DNA of 64,000 nucleotides, from assembly GCA_021817565.1 (NCBI GenBank), contig JAKAUP010000007.1, forward strand, positions 152,497 through 216,496, read 5' to 3'. The translations under genes were made by a program, and so were the position numbers. The notes under the pieces were generated by a model. It had not been told where the DNA came from, searched no databases, and saw nothing but the letters and a program-made list of their open reading frames with translations. Shown here one piece after another: positions 1 to 8,787 of this stretch (within the stretch, counting starts at the first letter, position 1; every line of letters begins with the position of its first letter). This DNA comes from Candidatus Micrarchaeota archaeon (GTDB taxonomy: Archaea > Micrarchaeota > Micrarchaeia > Micrarchaeales > Micrarchaeaceae).

Positions 1-2528
1 ATCTTATAGTGCTTTTCAAGCAGTTCATCAACAAACTTAGAGACATTGAAGAAATAATCCCTGGCCCTGGAATTGAGTATAACATCCTGGTGCATTATCT
101 CGACAAGCTGTGTATCTGATACGAGCTCATTTCCAAGATAATCGCGCACGTAGCCCATCTCTCTGAGCTTTTCGACGCTTGTACCTATCTCCCTTGGGTA
201 GAAATGCGTGATTGGCGCATCAGTGGAATCGAATCTTGCCGTGCCGTCCTTGAATATGTATACGCCATGCAGGCTTCTGAGTACTCCCTTTTCCAAAGGT
301 TCCGCTATCTTGTCGCGGCTTACCAAACCCGCAACGCCTTTCACGGACTTCGGCATCGTACCAACCCCCACTGCGCCCAATGCAGCGTTCATTTCCTTGA
401 GTATATTTACTTTACGCTGCTCGTCAGAATATGCCTGAACACCGCACGTGATACACCTCTTCTCCGTTGTTTTTGCGCCGCACTTTCTGCACTTCCTTTC
501 CATTTTCGCGCTACATCCATGCGTCGAACAGTATGCCGATCCCACATATTCCTTCCCAACGTTGCACCTGAAGCTTGCTATGTCCAATGTTACCCCATCG
601 CTCTTCAGCTTCTTGCTTTCGACAAAATACGCCTTGGAGAGGTTGCGCTCCTTCCCGCCGTTTTCGCCTATCGGGAAAAGTACATTGACCGCGGGCTTCA
701 TCAGCCTTTCCTTCGCCTTTTCGGGCCTGCCCATCCTTCCCCCTATCCCGTAAGCTCGTCTCATCAGTTTTATAGGAGAAACAGAGTTAAGCATCTCCAA
801 AACTCCCTCCCCCTTCATCTCGCGCGGAGAGAAATCTATTCTTATTCCATCAACATATCCAAACGAGACAAGAAGGCTTTGCGCATCCCCTCCTCTTATC
901 TCTATCTTGTTTCCAAAATCGATGTGTGGTATGCAGATTCTTTCTATTATATCCCTAGTGGATTCGATTCCATCGGTAAACACAAGTGCATCAAGGTCAA
1001 ACACGTTTTCCTCCTTTCCGGCCATTTTCAGAGAAGCTTTTTTTATCGCATCCGCAAGCACCTTCAAATCGTAGTCCATTATATCTGAATAGTCGTAAAG
1101 GTAACGTGGATGCAACGGGACGCCATACTTTTTTGATAGGGTATAAGCATCCCTAAATGAGTCCACCCTCATTTCCAAAGTACCCTCCTGTCCTGCAATG
1201 CTATTCTGAAGCTGCGCTTCCCAGTACTCCTCCACATAACTGCTCGGGACGAGCTTTGTATTGCTTTTTCTGAAATCCCCGAGACTGACAAGCATGTCTC
1301 CGACAGAGAGTATCTTGCCTATGTTATGGTATACCTCGCGTGCGAGCTGCGCATCGTTAACCCTGAACGCCTCTCCGCTCTTAAGTTTAACGAAAGGGCC
1401 CTCTATAGAGTCAACAGGCATTACAATGCACCCCTTTCCCGGTTTCTCTATCTTCAGCTGTGTCCCCACAGCAATGAATCTTAGGAGTATCATCGTTGCA
1501 GGGTTCAATCCTTTTGAGGCTATGCCGGTGAAGCGCGACCTTCCGTACCTAAGCCTGAAGGAACCAGGGTAACCCGGGTATGCAAATACCGGTCTGCCAG
1601 CTACCTGTTCGTGAAGAAATACCGCATCCTTGTCCTGCGATTCCCTGCTCTGTCCTCCTTTATCCACCTTTATTATATTGTTCAGCCATCCCCAATCAAG
1701 CTGCGCCATCTTTGTATACTTCAGCACGCTTTTCGCCTTTTGTGCTATGCCCTCGCAGCTTACCAAGCATATACCTCCTCTTATCCTGTTAGTTATCCTT
1801 TCCTCCTTTCCAGCGGCATCTAATCTGGTTATGTCCCTGTGCAGGCTTACCTCAAACTCCTCAGTAGGTATCCCATCTATGCATACTGGGCAATTCTCAA
1901 ATATCACTCTCGCGTCCTCTTCCGGCGGCATATACTGCAGCCGCGCGGCCCGCGCGTTGTATATCTGTATCTCCTCCAGATATCTCTCTATCTCTTTCTG
2001 CTGGGCCTTGTAAGCTCCGACTCCAAGGAACTTTCTGGCAAGGTCAAGCAGCGCAACAGAGAGCGCGGCACTGGTTCCGCCTGCCCCCCTTATCGGACCT
2101 GCATACAAGGCAGCAACGTAATCCGAGCCGTCTGGGTTCATATGTATCTCTACTCCCTGGAAACCTTCAGTAGGCGCGACCAATATGCCCTCGGTAAGTA
2201 TTGCAAGCCCGACCTTCACCGAAACGTTCATCAGTTCCTTCTTGTTTTCCGCTTTTAGTAATCTGGCAACTTCCTGGTTCTTGCATACCTTCTCCACAAT
2301 CCTAAATGCAAGTTCCTGCCTGCTTTTGGTGTTGTTTCCCTCTTCCCTTATTATCTGCGCTATGCCCTCAAGCCCTATTATACCCTCCACACGCGACGCA
2401 AGGTCAGGCGCAGCAAGGATTTCTGGTTTTGTGCTAGGATCATATCCTTTCGATCTTGCCTTAACGGCAATCTCATTGGCTGCGTTGAACCCATTCTCCA
2501 TTACTTCAAAATAATCATTCACATCCAT
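1..2528 (-). CDS. polC: DNA polymerase II (PolD) large subunit DP2, N-terminal ~842 codons; the 3' end runs off the left edge of the window
   Basis: Absent from the ORF track because it has no stop in the window. Hand translation of the minus strand from ATG 2528-2526 gives MDVNDYFEVMENGFNAANEIAVKARSKGYDPSTKPE...GRPVFAYPGYPGSFRLRYGRSRFTGIASKGLNPATMILLRFIAVGTQLKIEKPGKG...CRKCGAKTTEKRCITCG and stays open to position 1. The start abuts the DP1 stop (TAGATG). The plus-strand ORFs at 204-2514 are antisense shadows. Confidence 0.9.
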   Translation of the reverse strand, partial: MDVNDYFEVMENGFNAANEIAVKARSKGYDPSTKPEILAAPDLASRVEGIIGLEGIAQIIREEGNNTKSRQELAFRIVEKVCKNQEVARLLKAENKKELMNVSVKVGLAILTEGILVAPTEGFQGVEIHMNPDGSDYVAALYAGPIRGAGGTSAALSVALLDLARKFLGVGAYKAQQKEIERYLEEIQIYNARAARLQYMPPEEDARVIFENCPVCIDGIPTEEFEVSLHRDITRLDAAGKEERITNRIRGGICLVSCEGIAQKAKSVLKYTKMAQLDWGWLNNIIKVDKGGQSRESQDKDAVFLHEQVAGRPVFAYPGYPGSFRLRYGRSRFTGIASKGLNPATMILLRFIAVGTQLKIEKPGKGCIVMPVDSIEGPFVKLKSGEAFRVNDAQLAREVYHNIGKILSVGDMLVSLGDFRKSNTKLVPSSYVEEYWEAQLQNSIAGQEGTLEMRVDSFRDAYTLSKKYGVPLHPRYLYDYSDIMDYDLKVLADAIKKASLKMAGKEENVFDLDALVFTDGIESTRDIIERICIPHIDFGNKIEIRGGDAQSLLVSFGYVDGIRIDFSPREMKGEGVLEMLNSVSPIKLMRRAYGIGGRMGRPEKAKERLMKPAVNVLFPIGENGGKERNLSKAYFVESKKLKSDGVTLDIASFRCNVGKEYVGSAYCSTHGCSAKMERKCRKCGAKTTEKRCITCGVQAYSDEQRKVNILKEMNAALGAVGVGTMPKSVKGVAGLVSRDKIAEPLEKGVLRSLHGVYIFKDGTARFDSTDAPITHFYPREIGTSVEKLREMGYVRDYLGNELVSDTQLVEIMHQDVILNSRARDYFFNVSKFVDELLEKHYK

Positions 2529-4031
2529 CTAATAACCAAAGTCAATATAACTGAACTTGTACTTTTTCATCTCAAGCACCGGCATGATGCACGGGGTTGG
2601 GATATGGCCCTGCCTTATTTGGAAGTCGGTTCTTGCCTGCCATGTACCGCTGTTTATTATGCTTACGCCATGATAAGTCGACATCCCTACCTTATGTACA
2701 TGGCCCATATGCAGCACATCAGGTACTGTATCTATTACCAGGTTATCATTCCTGCTTGGCACTACTATGTTTCCTCCATATATAGGGGACAAATGCCTCC
2801 TTTTCAGTATCTCCTCCATAGCTCTCTCCGGTTTCGAATAACTATTGTCAGGTATTGATCTTATCACAGAATCCAGGGATGTGCCGTGGTACGAGAGTAT
2901 ATCCAGGCCATGTATGTTTATGTAAGACGGATTCGGAACAAAATGCACATTGTTCATCTTAAGGTCTATAACTTCGGGTGGGAAAGCGGGTTGGGGCTCT
3001 GCCCGCTGCACCGAATCGTGGTTTCCAGGAAGCACAAACACCTGTATATAATCCGGAACAGCTTCCAAGTAGTCGGCAAGCACATTGTACTGGGCATTCA
3101 TGTCCTTTATCGCAAGATCCTTTTCCTGCCCAGGGTAAACACCTATCCCATCAGCAACATCCCCTCCTATGATCAGGTACTTTACCTTCTCTGCTATCTG
3201 CTTATCCTTGTCATAGTTCCCGTTCAACCACGCAACCATGTTCCTAAAACCTTTGTCTATGAAGTTCCTGCTTCCGAAATGCACATCGGATATGAAGGCG
3301 ATGGCAAGGTCATCCTGCACTTCCTTGTGCGTCTTTATCGGTATGTCTGGCCATATGAGAGAGTTTGCTATAAGCAGGGATCCGAATATCTTCCCGCGCA
3401 CAGCAACCACTTCGTCATGAACAAGCGAATATGCCTTCTCGTATAGATTCTCCTTATGTTGGGGGGTGTTTGTGAAAACAACCTTAGCACTGCCGCTCCT
3501 GTCTTCAAGCTCAACAAGGAGGTTGTTGTTTCTGGTAACCTGTTTTGCCTTTACCATGCCTATTATGCATATCTCCTTTCCATCATTATAGTCCTTTATT
3601 GAAGATATCTCCTTAAGTGAAAGGCCTGCAAGCTCCCGCCGCCTAATGATTTCCTTTATCTTCTCAAACCGGTCATTGAAATATTCGACAAAGCCCCCTA
3701 CATTTCCCTCTGCGTATCCCACGTCGTATTTTCTTATGGAGAAAACGGGTGCCAGTTCCTTTGAAAGAGGCTTATAATCTAAAGGTCTTATCGCTTCTAC
3801 AGGCAAAGGAACTTTCTCGTTTTTTATGGACAATATCGCTTCTCTTATTTCGTCCTCTGTTATTATGTGGACGCCTCCGCGAACCGAATTCTTCTCAACA
3901 AGCGTTTCAGACACCGCATCGATATCCCCTGCCCCTATCCCACTCAGGTCAAGTCCTGTAGGCACTATCAATCCTTTTCCGGATAGCCGCCTAACCAAGC
4001 TCGCAGCAACGTCTTCCCCACCCATGCGCAT
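2529..4031 (-). CDS. polB: DNA polymerase II (PolD) small subunit DP1 (calcineurin-like phosphoesterase/exonuclease)
   Basis: 500-aa ORF with metallophosphoesterase motifs ISDVHFGS, GGDVADGIG, LPGNHD and GHVH. It lies directly upstream of DP2 in the same orientation. Confidence 0.9.
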   Translation of the reverse strand: MRMGGEDVAASLVRRLSGKGLIVPTGLDLSGIGAGDIDAVSETLVEKNSVRGGVHIITEDEIREAILSIKNEKVPLPVEAIRPLDYKPLSKELAPVFSIRKYDVGYAEGNVGGFVEYFNDRFEKIKEIIRRRELAGLSLKEISSIKDYNDGKEICIIGMVKAKQVTRNNNLLVELEDRSGSAKVVFTNTPQHKENLYEKAYSLVHDEVVAVRGKIFGSLLIANSLIWPDIPIKTHKEVQDDLAIAFISDVHFGSRNFIDKGFRNMVAWLNGNYDKDKQIAEKVKYLIIGGDVADGIGVYPGQEKDLAIKDMNAQYNVLADYLEAVPDYIQVFVLPGNHDSVQRAEPQPAFPPEVIDLKMNNVHFVPNPSYINIHGLDILSYHGTSLDSVIRSIPDNSYSKPERAMEEILKRRHLSPIYGGNIVVPSRNDNLVIDTVPDVLHMGHVHKVGMSTYHGVSIINSGTWQARTDFQIRQGHIPTPCIMPVLEMKKYKFSYIDFGY

Positions 4032-4298
4032 CTAACCCTTTATTGATTCAAGCATGCTTAGAACATTCCATATTATTGTCCTTGCCTGAAAAGGCAGGTT
4101 AACATCATTGCTTACAGAATCAAGACTGTATATCGCAGAAGAGACACGTACGCTGTATTCGCCAGCAACATTCAGCTTGTCCTTTGCCTGAACTACCGCG
4201 TTCCTTACGTTCTTAGGCACGCTCATATCATTTATCAGCATATCAAGCTGTAGGTTTATCTGGTCTATCCTCTGTTCAGTATCGGCATTGCCTGGCAT
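4032..4298 (-). CDS. UPF0147-family small helical protein
   Basis: Taken from the internal ATG at 4298: MPGNADTEQRIDQINLQLDMLINDMSVPKNVRNAV...YSLDSVSNDVNLPFQARTIIWNVLSMLESI matches the pattern I remember for archaeal UPF0147 proteins (VPRNIR...ISxLDxISNDPNMPxHxRTxIWxxxSxLE). Its stop abuts the DP1 start. The longer 129-aa version would overlap the divergent GT2 gene. Confidence 0.65.
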   Translation of the reverse strand: MPGNADTEQRIDQINLQLDMLINDMSVPKNVRNAVVQAKDKLNVAGEYSVRVSSAIYSLDSVSNDVNLPFQARTIIWNVLSMLESIKG

Positions 4299-4389
4299 AT
4301 TTATCCCCTCACAAAACAATATTATTAATCGACCCATTAATATAAATGTGTTAATAAGAAATAGGTGTTGTTGCATATTCGGTGCATTA

Positions 4390-5070
4390 ATGGAGTTATC
4401 TGTAATCCTACCGGTCCACAACCAGAAACTTCAGATAAAAAGGAATTTCAATCGGATACTGTCCTATCTAAATAAAATCGGCGCAGAGGTGATAGTGGTT
4501 GAGAACGGATCAACAGACGGTTCGCTCGGCGAACTAAAAAAGCTGTCAAAACGCTACGGATTCAAACTAGTTGTGCTCAAGGAATCGGGGCGGGGGCTGG
4601 CGTTGAAGAAAGGAATCGAGAGAGCAAGAGGCACAGCAATAGGGTATTTAGACACAGATTTGGGTGTTCCGTTGAGATACATTGCAAATGCACAAAAAGA
4701 GTTAAGGCGGTCGGATCTGGTAATAGGCAACAGATATATTAATGGAGCAAAGGCGAAAAGGACTGCAACAAGGTGGCTTGCAAGCAAGGCCTACATAGCT
4801 TTGGTAAGATTTGCATACGGCTCAAAGATAACAGATTTCCAGTGCGGATTCAAATTTTTTATGGCAGATTTTGCGAAGGCAGCATCGAAAAAGATAAGTG
4901 ACAACCGATGGTTCTTCGACACAAAGCTAATTCTGATTGCAGAGCACGAGGGAAAAAAAATATGCGAGCTCCCGGTATCCTTTTCCGAAAAGAGATGGAG
5001 CACCGTGCGCATAAACGACCCATTATATTTCATAAAATGCATAATAAAAGACAAGATCCAAAACACTTAG
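4390..5070 (+). CDS. Family 2 glycosyltransferase (dolichyl-phosphate sugar synthase-like)
   Basis: From the internal ATG: MELSVILPVHNQ...VVENGSTDGS...YLDTDLG (DxD)...FQCGFKFF, the typical GT2/DPM-like layout. Confidence 0.8.
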   Translation: MELSVILPVHNQKLQIKRNFNRILSYLNKIGAEVIVVENGSTDGSLGELKKLSKRYGFKLVVLKESGRGLALKKGIERARGTAIGYLDTDLGVPLRYIANAQKELRRSDLVIGNRYINGAKAKRTATRWLASKAYIALVRFAYGSKITDFQCGFKFFMADFAKAASKKISDNRWFFDTKLILIAEHEGKKICELPVSFSEKRWSTVRINDPLYFIKCIIKDKIQNT

Positions 5071-5088
5071 TGGTCAGATCTAAACTAT

Positions 5089-7101
5089 TTGTATGCAATA
5101 ATCATGTATGTCGCAAGTATACTTTTCGGCATCTCGCTTTCAGACCTGTTCTTCTCAAATATGTTGCAGAAAAGGATATACATCATCGGCGCAGGCATCC
5201 CAATCGGTTTTATCATATCGGCATACATGATGCTTGTATTGAGCATACCATTTGGATCATTCAATGCGCTTTCAGTTCCCATCACAGCCTTGATAGAATT
5301 GCTCTTATCAGCAGCAATCTTAAGAACTCGTCGGAAAGAGTGGAGATGGTCAAAATTCGAAACAGAGTTTAAAAAGAACAAGTTCGTATACACTTCAATA
5401 ATAACAATAGCGCTTTTGCTTATCCTGTTCCAAGCGCAAGGTCTATACTCGTCAAATGGCGCAATATGGTCCGGCTCAAACTACGCAACAGATTTCATGT
5501 TTCATATAGGGATAGGGACATCAGTCCTATTTTCCAGCTTCCCACCACATTACCCTTACATATACAATGCGACCAACGTTTTCCCGTTCATCGGCGACTT
5601 CTACACACAACTCTTATCATACAGCGGGTTCGGTATAGCGGGATCCACGTACGCAGTCAATTTCCTGCTCTGGCTATCGCTTGCAGCAATGCTCGCATTC
5701 TTCTTTGCCGCTCTGTCAAAGGAAGAGAAAACCGTTCCCATAGGTATAATCATATTCCTCTTCTTCAGCCTTGCGCTAAACTTTATAGTAATGTCATCAT
5801 TCAACATAAGCCTTCCAGGTTTTACGCTAAACACGCTACATTCAATATCAAAGCAAGGAATACTCCCTATAATAACAACCACATACTATAATTTTGAAGC
5901 GCCATTTTACAATAACCTCATGATACAACACGACATGCTATTCGGCTTTCCGGTAGCAATATTAATAATCACATTCATATATCTCAATTTCATAGAAAAG
6001 CCCAAAAAAAGACCTAACGCAAGCATGGCCTTTGCCGGAGGGCTATTCGGCCTCCTCCCCCTGGTAAATCCATTCTGCTTCATCTTTGTTTTCATATTCT
6101 CCGCAACAATATTCGTCTATTCCATCCTTCATGCGCTGATAAAAAGGAAAGCGGGTAAACGCACATTAGCCAGCTGGCTATGCTTCGGGCTGGTCGCATT
6201 CCTCGTCTCTGTGCCGTCCCTGCTTTACATATCTTCCCAACATAGGTCATCCGACTTCATACATTCAATACTATACAATAGCGTATGGTACAGTTACGGA
6301 TACTCGCTTCTTGATGCAATATCGGCGCACATCTCATTCTGGTTCTGGTCAATCGGCATCCTTCTCCCAGTCGGCCTAGTAGGCATAGCAATACTGCCCA
6401 GGCGCGCAAAGATAGCGTTTATCCCATCGCTATTAACCTTCCTGGTACTCAACATCTACAGGTTTCAGCCAAGCTTTGGCGACAATAACAAACTCATGAT
6501 GTTCTTTTCGCTTTTCTTGGCATTAGGCGCATCCGTTCTTATACTAAAGATGTGGCGGAGCGGAAAAGGGTCGCAAAATAAACTCCTCAAACTTGTTGCG
6601 TTTTCCATATTCCTGCTCATAGTACTCGGTGGCGTAGCCTCAATATACTATATATTTGCCGGACAGGGATACATAATATCCAGGATAGAATTGAAAGCCT
6701 CTGCATGGTTGATAAACAACACTTCCCATGATGCAGTATTCCAATCAAACTGCTACAACTACACCTTTGATTTCCTTTCCACAACCGCCGGCAGAAACAC
6801 ACTTCTCGATATATACGTGTATTCTGGAACGGACGGGATACTCCCGCAGAATTACAACCCATTTAACGTAATGGTGCAAATGGGAAGGTTCCTCAGTTCC
6901 CCAACGCCGCAGTGTTCGGCATTCGGCGGATACAATGTAGACTACGTGGTGCTAGAGAGAATAACTGGCAAAAATACGCTCATGGAATGCGCCCCTGCAA
7001 ATTTCAGCGCGTTCGAAAACTCATCGAACTTCACTGAAGTATACAACATGGTCAATCAGGGCGATGGGAACAGGATTGCGGTATTCAGGTCAAACTGCTG
7101 A
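5089..7101 (+). CDS. Large polytopic membrane protein, GT-C-like glycosyltransferase by architecture only
   Basis: 670 aa with a dozen or more hydrophobic spans, then a ~130-aa soluble C-terminal domain carrying NxS/T sequons. It is flanked by GT2-type genes. I saw no STT3/AglB WWDxG motif, so the function is inferred from context. Confidence 0.5.
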   Translation: MYAIIMYVASILFGISLSDLFFSNMLQKRIYIIGAGIPIGFIISAYMMLVLSIPFGSFNALSVPITALIELLLSAAILRTRRKEWRWSKFETEFKKNKFVYTSIITIALLLILFQAQGLYSSNGAIWSGSNYATDFMFHIGIGTSVLFSSFPPHYPYIYNATNVFPFIGDFYTQLLSYSGFGIAGSTYAVNFLLWLSLAAMLAFFFAALSKEEKTVPIGIIIFLFFSLALNFIVMSSFNISLPGFTLNTLHSISKQGILPIITTTYYNFEAPFYNNLMIQHDMLFGFPVAILIITFIYLNFIEKPKKRPNASMAFAGGLFGLLPLVNPFCFIFVFIFSATIFVYSILHALIKRKAGKRTLASWLCFGLVAFLVSVPSLLYISSQHRSSDFIHSILYNSVWYSYGYSLLDAISAHISFWFWSIGILLPVGLVGIAILPRRAKIAFIPSLLTFLVLNIYRFQPSFGDNNKLMMFFSLFLALGASVLILKMWRSGKGSQNKLLKLVAFSIFLLIVLGGVASIYYIFAGQGYIISRIELKASAWLINNTSHDAVFQSNCYNYTFDFLSTTAGRNTLLDIYVYSGTDGILPQNYNPFNVMVQMGRFLSSPTPQCSAFGGYNVDYVVLERITGKNTLMECAPANFSAFENSSNFTEVYNMVNQGDGNRIAVFRSNC

Positions 7102-7104
7102 GAA

Positions 7105-7857
7105 TCAGAAACCTTTCATGCGCGCGGTCAATGATTTGTAGAATTCAGTTTTATATAACCTGTACCAGAGTGTATCGATAACCGTATCCACAATAAAATA
7201 ATACCCAAAATCTTTGTGAGTCATATCATCATTTATCGCAACATTCAACTCAGAGAAGCTCATTTTCTGAAGGTGCATCTCATAAATTAGGTTGATATCA
7301 AACCCATAATCGCGTATAGTTAAGTTATCAAATACTTTATCAAGTGCACCAACTTTCAGAAACTTCGCGGGAGATTGCACATCACTGCACTTGACCCCGA
7401 AGAGAAGCTCAACAAACATCCTATAAAACGATGCAAACATCTTTTCTCCTGTTTTTATAGAACTGCTTTTGCCATGTAACCTATTCAAAAATACGCCATC
7501 TAATCTGTCTGACTCAAGCATGCTGATAGCGCTGCCCAAATAACTCGCGCTGACCTTAGGGCCACCCAACATGACTACTACGCTGCTGGCCCTGGCCCGT
7601 TTTAATGCATACTTCGCGCCTTTGATAAAGTTGCTCCCCCTGCCATTTTTATGGCTATTCAGTACATGCAGGTTTCCGAGCTCCTGCGCCAACTCGGATA
7701 CTTTTTCCACAGCCTTTGCATCTGCCCCATTGGTAAGCACCAAAAAATGCAGCCTTCCTACATCCCAAAGCTTAGCACACTCCCTCAGTGCACCTAATGT
7801 CTCTTTGTAATCATCATTCATTATCAGAGCAAACCAAACATCCATGAAAACACTCAT
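7105..7857 (-). CDS. GT2-like protein, possibly degenerate (no clear DxD)
   Basis: 250 aa. The C-terminal half (SDVQSPAKFLKVGALDKV...YGFDINLIYEMHLQKMSFSELNVAI) resembles the acceptor-side half of DPM-type GT2 enzymes. There is a 4-nt overlap with the upstream VIT1-like gene. Confidence 0.45.
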   Translation of the reverse strand: MSVFMDVWFALIMNDDYKETLGALRECAKLWDVGRLHFLVLTNGADAKAVEKVSELAQELGNLHVLNSHKNGRGSNFIKGAKYALKRARASSVVVMLGGPKVSASYLGSAISMLESDRLDGVFLNRLHGKSSSIKTGEKMFASFYRMFVELLFGVKCSDVQSPAKFLKVGALDKVFDNLTIRDYGFDINLIYEMHLQKMSFSELNVAINDDMTHKDFGYYFIVDTVIDTLWYRLYKTEFYKSLTARMKGF

Positions 7858-8783
7858 ATGACTAGGTGCAACACATACCTAGCATAAGTGCCAAGCACTA
7901 CGGTCGCAGACGCCGCAAGTATGGAAAGTGCAAGTGTCTTCAAGACCCTGCTGTATATCCTGGTGTCGCTCAACAGGGATATTATGACCGAAACAACCGT
8001 CAGTACAACGCACGTTACTACTACAGATAAAATTATCCCGCCAGACCCGTGTGCCCCGAGCGCAAATGGAAGTATAGGAAACGCGGCGCCGATGATGTAA
8101 AAGAGCCCCATGTACCCTGCGGAGAGCTTCGGCGCGGACGCGCCATCTTTCTTCACTTTCATGCTCTTTTCGCTTTCGGTGGATAAATAAGCTCCCACAG
8201 TCATAGATATCGTTCCAGATACAGCGACTATAATTCCCCCGAGTATCACAAGCTCGGTGGTATGTAGCGCAGCCGCAAAACCTACGACTGCCGCCAAAAC
8301 CTCAACCAGCCCGTCATTCATCCCAAGTATAACGTCCTTTATGTTGTTGAGCAGGCTGTTATACTGCACTATGCGCGTGCTGAGCGGCCCAACCTTCATC
8401 AGGTCCTCCTTCTCTATTTCGTTTATTGCCCTTGCCTCCTTCCTGCTCAGTCTAAACTTCTTTTGCGCATTGTAAACCCTCCTATACATTTCCAGCTCTT
8501 TTCTCTCTATTATCTTTATGGTAAGCGCAGTGCCCAATATCATGTGCATGAGCATTATCTTCCTTACCTCATTCCCTACCGTACGCCTATCCCCCAACCC
8601 ATCGCTTCCCTCAAGCATTTCCCTCCATAACACGATGTGCCTTGTCTCAAGCCTTGATATTTCCTTCAAAGCTGCGCGTATGTCTGCGTTGCGTTCGCCT
8701 CTCATCATTATTCTTGTGGCTTCGGCGTCTGCCATCTCCTTATTGCATACGGATGTCAATATCCTTCTTGCCCTATTATCCAA
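7854..8783 (-). CDS. VIT1/CCC1-family iron/manganese transporter with N-terminal ferritin-like domain
   Basis: LGMNDGLVEVLAAVVGFAAA plus C-terminal glycine-rich TM helices are typical of PF01988. The N-terminal ~130 aa is helical and rubrerythrin-like. Confidence 0.75.
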   Translation of the reverse strand: MDNRARRILTSVCNKEMADAEATRIMMRGERNADIRAALKEISRLETRHIVLWREMLEGSDGLGDRRTVGNEVRKIMLMHMILGTALTIKIIERKELEMYRRVYNAQKKFRLSRKEARAINEIEKEDLMKVGPLSTRIVQYNSLLNNIKDVILGMNDGLVEVLAAVVGFAAALHTTELVILGGIIVAVSGTISMTVGAYLSTESEKSMKVKKDGASAPKLSAGYMGLFYIIGAAFPILPFALGAHGSGGIILSVVVTCVVLTVVSVIISLLSDTRIYSRVLKTLALSILAASATVVLGTYARYVLHLVI

Positions 8784-8787
8784 ATCA

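Noticed and set aside
204-2514. A stack of plus-strand ORFs (294, 139, 127, 109 aa and others) at the left end of the window
   Set aside because: They are low-complexity and have no recognisable motifs. All of them lie antisense to a continuous minus-strand frame that translates into PolD DP2. That frame is missing from the track only because it has no stop codon inside the window.
4299-4421. Longer 129-aa version of the UPF0147 ORF and the 4288 start of the GT2 ORF
   Set aside because: The two extensions overlap each other on opposite strands, and neither adds conserved sequence. The internal ATGs at 4298 and 4390 give proteins that match family N-termini.
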